Source: Macrostomum hystrix (taxonomy: Eukaryota > Animalia > Platyhelminthes). Taken from it: a stretch of DNA of 64,000 nt. The stretch is taken from positions 4,278,001 through 4,342,000 of the forward strand of contig CATNEN010000005.1 of the NCBI GenBank assembly GCA_950097015.1, written 5' to 3'. Numbering within the stretch: position 1 is the stretch's first letter; each line of letters begins with the position of its first letter. A program made the translations under genes and the position numbers. The notes under the pieces were generated by a model. It searched no databases. It worked only from the letters and a program-made list of their open reading frames with translations, and had not been told where the DNA came from. Shown one piece after another: positions 35,889 to 47,179 of this stretch.

Positions 35889-37701
35889 GGGTAATGTATC
35901 ATCAACCGAACAGTGTATCTTCAAAACTGAACAAGAATTTTGACTCCTTCCTTGGTCTTGTGCAAGACAGAAACAAGCTATTGTGTTTCACAGAACAAAT
36001 AATTTGAAAGTTGAAGAAATTATCTACAAGCTGAGGCATGATGTCCGATGAAGCATTAAGAGGAAAGAAAGATATTGATGTTTCAGTAGAATTTTTTATT
36101 GCAAAAGCATACTTTTTAACAACATTTTTTCTGTATGTACTTTAGATGAAGATTGTATGTGGTTGCTTGCCAATTAAATTACCATAAATGTAGTTATTTA
36201 TAGAACATGAAAAATTCTTTCAAATGACATAATTCATGATAGTTCACTCCTTAAAATAAGATTAAACCACTCACTCAAATTATAAAACCAAACATCAAAT
36301 TCTTTGTTTGGTTTGAAGATACATTAAAATCATTGTTCAGTTTTAGATAAAAGGCAGGAATAACTTTTTTCTATTTGATAAAATAGCAAAAGCAGATACT
36401 TTTTAGAAAGATGTAACTGTTTTCTATAACTTGGCTTTTGATTTATCATGATATCTTAAATAGAAAATCTGTAGCTTAAGTTTGAAGTTAAAAAAATACA
36501 CATTCTTGTTTGGTTGATGATACGGTTGACCGTCATTTCGTCTGCTGCCTTTTTGTCTGCCACCTTTTTGTCTGCCAATATACTATATAGTCATTTCATC
36601 TGCCAATATATATAATATATAAATCGGAATAACTAATTATGTCATCAAGCTTTGCATGGAAGTGTAATGTAAATGACTTATTAATTATAATTTATAATAA
36701 TGCTAGGATTATAGCTAATATGTTTCATATAAATACACAAAGCCAGAAGCAAATATCTCCAACCATTTAGTTTCCTTCCAACTTTCTTTTTTTCGTGTAT
36801 GTAAACTCATAGCAATTTATTCACGGTTTTGTAGAAAATGAAGAAAAACAAAATGTATCAATATAAATAAGAAAACGTACTTAAAACTTGCTTATACTAA
36901 TTAATTTTAGTTCCCTATGATGTGCTGTAGACTGCTGAGCAGCCTCCAGGCAATCTGAGTCAGGCTGTTCTAGGTCTGTGGGAGGGCTAGGGTTGGTAGT
37001 TAGTGTTTCCCGTGCACTGTCACTTCCGCTCGCCACCCCCCTCCTCTCTCGTTCTCTCGTTCCAGCTCTGTCTGCGCACCGAGTCACATTGCACACCATG
37101 GTGCAATCGCTTAAGTTCGGAGGAAGACTGGCATAACAATGCTCAAATGCTCCTACTATAAGTAGAGCACAGTCTGACGAATCCTTGAGATGGTGTTAGT
37201 ACCGCGGTAGCACAACTTCTGTACGAATATGGCACGTTTCTGTCCTCCAGTCTTCATGCGTTTCACATCGATTGTGTTCTTTTGCAATCTTTGTATCTTG
37301 TCTGCTAACATTATTGTGAAGCAAGGCCGTGTGTTGCATTTAGAAGCATAGCACATCGCCAGGCTTTAGAGCAGGGAATCAAAGTAGCAGGAATTACTGC
37401 TAGAGCCTAAATAGCGACCGAGGAAATTAGGTAATCTAGCCTGACTACCGGGTTGCTCCACTGCTACGAAGCATTCAGTGTTGAGGCCGGTATAAATTCT
37501 CTCTCTCGGAATCTAGTTCCTGTCTTGGTTATTTTTACCAATTGTGTGTGCCACGCTACCACAGGTACAACACCTACATAAAAAATACTAAATAAGTGAA
37601 CCAAAATAAACATAAATAAAAAAGTCGTTTTGTCTGCTAAAATTCTTTGGCAGACGAAAAGGCGGCAGAGGAAATGACCGCAGACCGATGATACATTACC
37701 C
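35889..37701. mobile_element. MITE family X copy 1 (TA-flanked, TIR GGGTAATGTATCATCAACC), split by a nested element
   Basis: Near-identical to 37991-38909. The right TIR resumes at 37687-37701 after the insertion. Flanked by TA on both sides. Confidence 0.85.
36524..37686. mobile_element. Nested 1163-bp TIR element with 8-bp TSD (GG-starting termini; MULE- or Merlin-like)
   Basis: TSD GATGATAC at 36516-36523 and 37687-37694. Imperfect TIRs GGTTGACCGTCATTTCGTCTGC / GCAGAGGAAATGACCGCAGACC with subterminal TTTTGTCTGC repeats. Confidence 0.8.
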
Positions 37702-37990
37702 TATAAGTAGGCCTATATGTAGATATGAAAAAAATTGCTTTTACTTTATCTTTTGAACTAAATGTCTTTCTGCCATAGTACCAGTTTAAATATACTTACA
37801 GTTTTAAGAGGGCATAGCATGTAAGCACTTGCAAGCTGACAGCATAATTGTGAACTTAAAATTAGAAGTGAGGAATAATTTTCATTTGTGCCCTTAACTA
37901 TGCAATCCTTATAGAAATAATCTAATGTGGAAATACAAAAATAATAGTAGGGAATCTTGTTTTTGTCAATGCAAGTCAGAGTTTGGGATA

Positions 37991-38909
37991 GGGTAATGTA
38001 TCATCAACCAAACAGTGTATCTTCAAAACTGAACAGGAATTTTGACTTCTTCCTTGGTCTCGTGCAAGACAGAAACAAGCTATTGTGTTTCACAGAACAA
38101 CTAATTTGAAAGTTGAAGAAATTATCTACAAGCTGAGGCATGATGTGCAATGAAGCATTAAGAGGAAAGAAAGATATTGATGTTTCAGTAGAATTTTTTA
38201 TTGCAAAAGCATACTTTTTAACAACATTTTTTCTGTATGTACTTTAGATGAAGATTGTATGTGGTTGCATGCCAATCATACATGCGCAACACCCGGCTGA
38301 CCTGGCCGAACCGGCCAAGCAAGGTAAGTCGCAAAAACCAATCGACCAAGTGCAAAGAAATCAGAGGGGGGACCAAGGGACAAAAAAGGAAGGTGTGAAG
38401 AAAAAGAAAGAAGGGAGAGAAAAAGAAAGCAAATGAGAGCAAACTAAGTCGCAAATAGAGCAATGAAACAAACTAAGTCGTAATTAGAGCAAAAACTAAG
38501 TTGCACGGCTGGCTAAGACTTGGGAGGTTGCGCATGTATGATGCCAATTAAATGACCATAAATGTAGTTATTTATACAGCATGAAAAATGCTTTCGAATT
38601 ACATAATTCATGATAGTTCACTCCTTAAAATAAGATTAAACCACTCACTCAAATTGTAAAACCAAACATCAAATTCTCTGTTTGGTTTGAAGATACATTA
38701 AAATTGTTCAGTTTTAGATAAAAGGCAGGAATAACTTTTTTTCTATTTGATAAAATAGCAAAAGCAGATACTTTTTAGAAAGATGTAACTGTTTTCTATA
38801 ACTTGGATTTAGATTTATCATCATATCTTAAATAGAAAATCTGTAGCTTAGGTTTGAAGTTAAAAAAATACACATTCTTGTTTGGTTGATGATACATTAG
38901 GGCCTACCC
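37991..38909. mobile_element. MITE family X copy 2
   Basis: TIRs GGGTAATGTATCATCAACCAAACA / TGTTTGGTTGATGATACATT..ACCC. Paralog of 35889-37701. Confidence 0.85.
38277..38540. mobile_element. Nested 264-bp MITE with perfect 14-bp TIRs and 8-bp TSD (hAT-like)
   Basis: TIR CATACATGCGCAAC / GTTGCGCATGTATG and TSD ATGCCAAT at 38269-38276 and 38541-38548. The empty site is visible in copy 1 near 36167. Confidence 0.9.
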
Positions 38910-40371
38910 TAATATAATATAAACTAGGCCCCTATAATATCTCTCTGAATAACATCTTTAGAACAATTTACTCTTTACAGTGTGTGAGTCATTTGGTTGA
39001 AATTGTGAAAAGCTGATTGGTTTGAAAAATAATACAGAAAGTGCAAGTGGTTAAAGAGATCAAGTAAAAAGTGAGCAGAATATTTTGTGTTTGATTGGTA
39101 AAAATCCGATTAACTAGTAGTCTTTAAAGGCTGTGTATATCAATTAGTATATAAATGACGAGTAATTTATTAAGATTAGGGCATCGTGTTGGAAAAATAG
39201 TGCCTACCTACTTGCTCTTACGGTTATAACCCTAATTTGCAACAACAATAGGCCTAATTGAATATAAAAATGGAGTGCTAGGCCTATAGGCCCAACTTCC
39301 TGATAGTTTGGTAAATTTAAATTCGTAACGAACGTTACGACAAAGAATCATAGTTTCAAAGGGATATTGCAGAGGATAAAATAAGTAGGCCTAATTAACT
39401 ATATAAAAAGAGCCAATAACATCTTTGAGTAGGCAAGTTTCACCTAAGTAAAAAATGTGCATCTGCAAGGTAAATTATAGTTAAAGCATCTAGCGAACTG
39501 GGGAGGCGAATATTACTGATCCATCCATCCAACCTAGTATTAGGTGCACTAGGAATTAGAATGAATCAGGCCTAGGGTCATTAGGAAAGACATCCATTAA
39601 TATATCCAATATTATAATCCCATACTATCCTATAGGCCTACTATATCCTCTATCCTATATCCTATACTATCTCATATAATTGTAATTACGTTCTTTTAAC
39701 ACTTGTACAAGATGATGCAAAACTAAATTACAGTACATAACGTATAAAAATTACAACGGCCCTATATGTTTCCTTAATTAAATAGGCTTAAAAAGGTAGA
39801 AACTATAGTTTTAATTGTTATATAGAAGTCTTTCGTAGAATCCTGTTTACGTAATATCTTCCTTAGAAATCGCTCCTTGCTCGGCAACACCTGAAGTTGA
39901 TAATCCGTAAGCCTTATATTTTTACCACGATTTTTTGTGATTGACAAAAAAGAATTCTACGATAAATCAATCAGCCTTATTTCTGAAATGAATTTGGGTT
40001 TTGAAAGTAAGTTCTTTTTTTAATATTTTTGTCTGAACAGTGCAGCCCTTGTTTGTGTGTAACATCCCTTTTTATGTAATGGTAGGCCTAATGTGCCTAC
40101 TGTGGTATATGGCCTTCTAATATATATATATAATATAATGTATAACATCTTTAGTGGTCTGATATTTTTTTACCAATACATTTGCAGCAAGAAACTTGCT
40201 ATTCATGCACAATCATACTTGTCATATTGTATCTTATAGATTCCATTTTTACAATACATAAAAATATTCTTCTTTGTTGTCCCACTTAATTCTTCAGTAT
40301 ACTTTACTGCATGGACTCATGCACAGTTTTCTGAATGTTTTTTGCTAGTTTTTTGTCCTTTCAGGACTGAG

Positions 40372-41132
40372 TAGGGGTCAGACAATATGGAATTTTCGAG
40401 ATTTTTTAGATTCAATATTTTTTTAGCAATACAATATGAGATTTGATCAAGATTTCGAGATTTTAGACAATTCGGATTTTGCATACATAAACAAAGTTTC
40501 ATAGACCAAAGAAATTAACAAATATAATCAGGCAGCCAGCCATTTCAGCTCTTTTGATAGCTAAGGACTTTTTTTTATTTATTTTCAAATAGAAATGTCC
40601 ATTATGATATACAAAACATGATGATTGATAATTAGAAAAAATAAAGCACAGATTCTAATGTGGGATTTTACCATGGCAAAAATGCAAAAGTGTATTTGAA
40701 TGTATAAGAGCCATAAGTAGGAAGAATAAAGGAGAAATGCATGTACATTATACATTACACAATACAATGCAAATCAGCAAATGACAAGATTACATTACAA
40801 TTTATTAACATTACTGTTAATATTGTCATTGACATGATCACAAGTCATGACTGATCACAATGGAGTTGGACTGACTGGCAAGCAAATTTAACGATCTGAA
40901 AAGAAGGGAAGGAAAATGTGATTCATATTTTAAATAAATTTATAATCATCCATTTTCTCTTAATTTTGTGATTTTACAAGTGCCTCGAATATAAAATCAA
41001 ATGCAAACATCAATGTTTTTTTATCTCAAATCTCGGCACTTTTTCAAATCCAGATTGAGATCGAGATTCAATTGAAAAAATTGTCAAAATCTCGAATCTC
41101 GATCCCAAGATTGAGATCTCGTCCGACCCCTA
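40372..41132. mobile_element. hAT-like MITE (TAGGG termini)
   Basis: TIRs TAGGGGTCAGAC / GTCCGACCCCTA, 8-bp TSD GGACTGAG / TGACTGAG (7 of 8 match), subterminal CGAGAT/ATCTCG repeats. Confidence 0.8.
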
Positions 41133-43025
41133 TGACTGAGTAAAACTGCACTGTTGCATCTTGATGACTTTGTTTAGTTTGTCCATTGCAAATCTTATAA
41201 GTCGTGAATTTCTTGAATTAGTAACACTAGCTTTTCTTTCATTAAAATTGTAGAGCAGGATATACAGTACAGAAATAAAGCAAACAGAAAACCTATAGTT
41301 TGCATACATATACTTTTGTACCAGTAATGACCTATTTGTTGGTGAGCCTAGTGCTCAATAAACTAATAGAACATTATACTGTTGTATGGCTCTTTTATTC
41401 ATATTAAAACTTGCTTTTTTACACCTTAAATTGATCCTTTGAAATAATTCTTAATTTCCTTTGTCAATGACTTAACTATACTTCATAGACTGGCTATGTA
41501 CTTTTCTTACTTCATATGTATATATTGCTTAGTTTAGCCAGATAGGCTGCATTCTTTCCCTAATATGGTAGCATTTGCATGAGTGTCTGATTGGCAAGAC
41601 ACTTTTTCCTCTGCTTACTTACTCAAAAACTATCTGGCTTTCTGGTTTTTCCCAGTCTTTCTAGGCTTCCAAATGGACTGAATTTGCCCAACTTCGCACA
41701 CAGTGCTATTCCACCAATCAGGATTTACCCTCTGTTCTTTCAGTTATTAAACTATACTGCTTTTTATAATTATCTTCTTCTTTATTCTTTCAAATATTCA
41801 CCAACTTATGTGTGATCATAGACCTGATTTTCTCTCTCTAAATAAGAACAATTAAACACTGAGACTTTTCTACTTTATTCACAACAGAACTGGGCACAGG
41901 GCACCGGTTGAAGTTTTAGAGCTACTTTGCAGTTGTATTTATAGAGAATTTTGGGGTGGGTGACACGATACAGATAAACAAAGGATAAAATTGGGAGGGG
42001 GAAATGCATTTGGCAGGAATTCAAGTTTTAAAAGTTATTCTATGGTCTAAAAAAGACTATGGTCTATTAAAAGCTAATGAAAATAGTCCTTTTTTCTTGC
42101 CTTAATAATGGATCAACACTTAATAACAGATAGACCAATTTCCAACACTAATGTCTAACCTATAGCTAGCCAGCCACATTGTTATTTATATTGTCACTAT
42201 ATAACTTAACTGACTAACTATAGCTCCCTAAGCCTAGGGCTAGGTCAATACTAAATACTTTTCAGCATCAATATAAAGATATATACATTTTAGCCTTGTA
42301 TTCTTAGACATATCCCAAAGCCAGAAGTCAATGCTATAAAATTAAGAGTTATGAGGTAAAAATTGATCTTAAGGAGTGAATGAAATCTGCATCCTATAGA
42401 AATCACAAATCCAGTGTTAAGAGTATGGGATTGGTTTAATGAGTGTAGGCTATGAAGCCTTTGAGTCACTATTGACAATGTTGCACAAATTCATCCTCAC
42501 AGTTAACTTTGCTATCTAAAAGCATAACTTTATAGAAATCATTAAACCAGTTTTAAAAGTCAAATTTGGCCCTTTAACTCTTGTCCAGGAGGTAGAAGTG
42601 AATTGGCATCTTGATTCTACAGCACAGAAACATTATTTAGGAGTTAACGTTATCTTTACTTAAGTTTAAAGAGTATTAGAACTAGAAGCCCTGTTTATGC
42701 TGGAACATTCCAGTGTATATCCCCCTTTTCTCTTATTATTAAAAATGTCTATATTTCTTGTTTGGGAGTTCAGTCCATTAATAATTAAAAATTGAAAAAA
42801 TAAACTATTTTAGGTCTATTTTGCTGATAGCTATAATATTTATTTTCTGACAATTGGGTCATTAGGAATGATAAAGCCATTCATTAATATATCCTATTTG
42901 TGTTTCTAATTAAATTCCTTTAACAGCTGATTAAACAAAATTTACTTTTATGCTAGGCTGAGTATACAGATAATATAAAACTGAAATATAGGTCACTAAA
43001 ACTTAGCTGACCACCTTAACTGTAG

Positions 43026-45102
43026 AATCATGTGCAGAGCTAAAACGAATTCGTGAAGACGGCGTTCGAGACAGCGAGCGAGTTGTTGACCTGTGGTGCG
43101 ACTGCATATCTAGCTACACTAATAGGCTTGGAGATGAGAGTAAGTTGCTTCTTCTATTTTCATTCTTTCCGCTGTATACTTATATGTTTATATTGAGATC
43201 TGGTTCAGTTCGACTATGATTTATTTCAGTCAGGTTGTCATTAAGTTCAGTCAGGTTGTCATTAAGTTCAGTCAGGTTGTCATCAAGTTCAGTCAGGTTG
43301 TCATTAAGTTCAGTCAGGTTGTCATTAAGTTCAGTCAGGTTGTCATTAAGTTCAGTCAGGTTGTCATCAAGTTCAGTCAGGTTGTCATTAAGTTCAGTCA
43401 GGTTGTCATTAAGTTCAGTCAGGTTGTCATTAAGTTCAGTCAGGTTGTCATCAAGTTCAGTCAGTTTGTCATTAAGTTCAGTCAGGTTTGTCATTAAGCT
43501 CAGTCAGGTTGTCATTAAGTTCAGTCAGGTTGTCATTAAGTTCAGTCAGGTTGTCATTAAGTTCAGTCAGGTTGTCATTCACAGGGTGTGAACCCTGTGA
43601 ATAGCATTTTACAGTTTAAATTGTCAATTTCCATATTGCAGAGTGGGCCTTATACGAGCAGGTGTTTATCTCGGCACTGGACTGCGGCAGATTAGAAGCC
43701 GCAGATGCCTGCCTGCTGCAGCTCACTCGGCAGTTTCCAAATAGTCAACGAATTAAACGGTACGAAGCTATGAGACTGGAGGCCGAGGACAGCCTCGAAG
43801 CCGCGGCTGACATCTACAAGCAGATGGCCGAGGCTGACAAATTGGACTCGCTGTCGCGCAAAAGATTAGTGGCCGTACTCAAAGCCAGAGGTCGCAACGC
43901 CGAGGCGATTAAAGAGCTAACTGGATATTTAAAGGTAAATTTGCTTCAAATTTATTCGAAGTTATAGACAAGATAAACAATGAGAGTAACCATTACGCTT
44001 TTAAAACGCCTAGGTATCTAAACAGTGTTGTTGAAAACCTTGTTCGTTCATTCGATAGTGTCATCTCTCCCATGTCTCATCTCGTCCGTGTCTCATCTCA
44101 CCATAGTCTCATATCTCCCGTGTCTCATCTCACCATAGTCTCATATCTCCCGTGTCTTATCTCTCCAGTTTAAGAATATCTCTACTGTGTCTCATCTCTC
44201 ACGTGTCTCTACTCTCCTATGTCTAATCCCTCCCCTGTCTCATCTCTATTGTGTTTCATCTATCCAGTGCTTCATCTCTCCCGTGTCTTATCTCTCCCGT
44301 GTCTCATCTCTCCCATGTCTCACCTGTCCCATGTCTTATCTCTCCCGTGTCTCATCTCTCCCGTGTCTCATCTCTCCCGTGTCTCATCTATCCTGTGTAT
44401 CATATCTACCCCTGTCTAATTTCTCCCGTGTCTCATCTCTCCCGTCTCATCTCTCCCATGTCTAATCTCCCCCGTGTCCCGTGCAAATGTACACACCTGT
44501 GTGTGTCCAGTGTTGGCTTGGGGTCCAGTGTCACCAAATGATGTACCATTGCCTGCAACTTGTTACTATCTTTTTAGGATTTCTGCACCGATTTCGAAGC
44601 CTGGCTGGAACTATCCGAGCTCTACATGAACGAAGGCGATTATAAGAAGGCCGCCTTCTGCATGGAGGAGCTAATATTGAGCAATCCGCATCACCATCTG
44701 TATCATCAGCGCTACGCCGAAATCAAATACACTGACGGCAGTCCTGAGTCTATGGAGCTGGCCAAGAGCTATTTTGCACAGGCTGTTCGCTTGAATCCTA
44801 ACAATATGCGCGCTCTCTACGGCCTCCTATTGGCTGCTGGCAACTGCGCCAACGCCGGCACAAAGTCGTCCGCTTCGTCCACGGCCAAGTCAAGAAAGGA
44901 GAGTGCTAGATTAGCACAATGGGCAGCTGCCAGGATTGCAGAGCGTTACAAAGCTGCGTCTGCTTCTAGTAGGGATGCGAAATCCGCTAGCAGCGATATG
45001 GCCAAACTGGCACTGCAGTTGAGTCTGTGCTGTTCCACTGGCGACGGCGGCTCGCAGCAGCAGCAGCAGCAAACAGGTGCAAGCAGTCCGCCAATGATTT
45101 GA
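43026..45102 (+). CDS. EMC2: ER membrane protein complex subunit 2 (TPR protein, TTC35); first short exon not located
   Basis: Exons about 43026-43139, 43642-43934, 44578-45102 with consistent phases. [75 protein letters not shown] and [12 protein letters not shown] match known EMC2 sequence. Confidence 0.93.
43222..43578. repeat. 21-bp tandem repeat (CATTAAGTTCAGTCAGGTTGT) in an EMC2 intron
   Basis: About 17 near-identical direct copies with no spacers. Confidence 0.95.
44060..44480. repeat. Degenerate 16-bp minisatellite (GTGTCTCATCTCTCCC) in an EMC2 intron
   Basis: Same unit as inside the 32370 MITE and in the 45.2-46.0 kb array. Confidence 0.9.
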
Positions 45103-45204
45103 ATGCTAGATTGATTATTCAAGTCTACTCTATTGATCTTTTATTTATGTACTTGCTGGATACCAGCTTGAAGGTATACAAATGAACCCTGTGTACTTCC
45201 GGTT

Positions 45205-45965
45205 GAGAGGCTACCCCTGTCTTATCTCTTCAGTGTTTCATGCTTTCTCTGCCTCTTATCTCTCCCTCCCCGTCTCATCTCTCCCGCGTCTTATCTCTCC
45301 CGTGTCTCATCTCTCCCGTGTATTATCTCTCCCGCGTCTTATCTCTCCCGTGTCTCATCTCTCCCGTGTATTATCTCTCCCGCGTCTCATCTCTCCATGT
45401 CTCACTTCTCCCGTGTCTCATCCCTCCCGTGTCTCATCTCTCCCGTATCTCATCTCTCCCGCGTCTCATCTCTCCCGCGTCTCATCTCTCCCGCGTCTCA
45501 TCTCTCCCGTGTCTTATCTCTCCCCGTCTTATCTCTCCCGTATCTCATCTCTCCCGCGTCTCATCTCTCCCGCGTCTCATCTCTCCCGCGTCTCATCTCT
45601 CCCGTGTCTTATCTCTCCCCGTCTTATCTCTCCCGTGTCTCATCTCTCCCGCGTCTCATCTCTCCATGTCTCACTTCTCCCGTGTCTCATCCCTCCCGTG
45701 TCTCATCTCTCCCGTATCTCATCTCTCCCGCGTCTCATCTCTCCCGCGTCTCATCTCTCCCGCGTCTCATCTCTCCCGTGTCTTATCTCTCCCGCGTCTC
45801 ATCTCTCCCGTGTCTCATCTCTCCCGCGTCTCATCTCTCCCGCGTCTCATCTCTCCCGCGTCTCATCTCTCCCGCGTCTCATCTCTCCCGTGTCTTATCT
45901 CTCCCCGTCTTATCTCTCCCGTGTCTCATCTCTCCCGTGTCTCATCTCTCCCGTCTCTCATCTCT
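45205..45965. repeat. 16-bp minisatellite downstream of EMC2
   Basis: Tandem GT/CGTCTCATCTCTCCC units, which produce the SRVSSLPRLISPASHL ORFs in three frames. Confidence 0.95.
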
Positions 45966-46346
45966 GCCAAAGTATGGTCGCAACTTACGCTCGTAATTCA
46001 AAGTTTAAACGATCAATCTAGTATCTACAGGGACTTTAAAGACTCGTTTAAACTACTCAGTCTGGATGAAGTAGTTTAGATAGTAAATTCTTTTTATTAT
46101 AAATCGGTTTCTTTCTATTTATGGGATTTTTCAAATGTGTCAATGTTGTACTCTTGTGAATGGATTGGTTGACATTTCTGCTACAAGTCCTACAAGTACA
46201 AGTACTGCTTCAGCAAATTCACCAACTGAATTCACCTCCTCATTGGGTCTTCCCAGGCCGCAATCTGTTTGCTAATCATCGGCATGATGCTTCGCCACGT
46301 TCATCTTTTTGCTTCTATGGCTTTTTTATTACCTGTCATATCCCTT

Positions 46347-46730
46347 CTCTCCCCCTAGTTACTGCACAGTCTACCCCTTGTCTCCCCTCTAGTTACTGTA
46401 CAGTCTACCCCTTGTCTCCCCTCTAGTTACTGTACAGTCTACCCCTTGTCTCCCCTCTAGTTACTGTACAGTCTACCCCTTGTCTGCCCTCTAGTTACTA
46501 TACAGTCTACCCCTTGTCTCCCCTCTAGTTACTGTACAGTCTACCCCTTGTCTCCCCTCTAGTTACTGTACAGTCTACCCCTTGTCTGCCCTCTAGTTAC
46601 TGTACAGTCTACCCCTTGTCTGCCCTCTAGTTACTGTACAGTCTACCCCTTGTCTACCCTCTAGTTACTGTACAGTCTACCCCTTGTCTACCCTCTAGTT
46701 ACTGCACAGTCTACCCCTTGTCTACCCTTT
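46347..46730. repeat. 34-bp tandem repeat (TCTCCCCTCTAGTTACTGTACAGTCTACCCCTTG)
   Basis: About 11 direct copies. Confidence 0.95.
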
Positions 46731-47179
46731 ATCTCCCACACAGCTACCCTCTATCTATCCGTAGCAAGCTATCTAATGCATATTTTTCGATGCACTGCTC
46801 GTAGGTTTGTTTGGCTTTCATAAATTTTGATCGCTAATTAATTTTCAGATTTTTTAAAATCGTCTATTTACTCTTAACATAGTTTTTTCAGTGCTGGTAA
46901 ATAACAAAATGATTTACATCTGGTTGTTTTATTGCTTCATTGTTCTATGGTACTCTGATTGTCATGCTATTAAATCAACTGTTGTGTTTAGTTTTGTTTT
47001 AAATAAGTTCAGCACATGAAAATAAATAAAGATAAAATATGCCCTACCACATTTCTAGATTTTCTGTGTGGCCTGATTGAATCGTGCTACATTTTATGCA
47101 TCACTTTCATTGACAATCTTTCTACTATGAGTAGAGTACGTTTGCAAACTCATGAGCTACAGTAAACTGTTAGAAGGAG

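Noticed and set aside
43222-43578. Regular 21-bp repeats (also the 34-bp repeats at 46347-46730) as a CRISPR array
   Set aside because: Units are directly adjacent with no unique spacers, there are no cas genes, and the context is eukaryotic.
45182-46079. 199-279 aa ORFs in three frames (also ORFs at 33076-33930, 43180-43591, 44187-44541)
   Set aside because: Pure translations of minisatellites that happen to lack stop codons.
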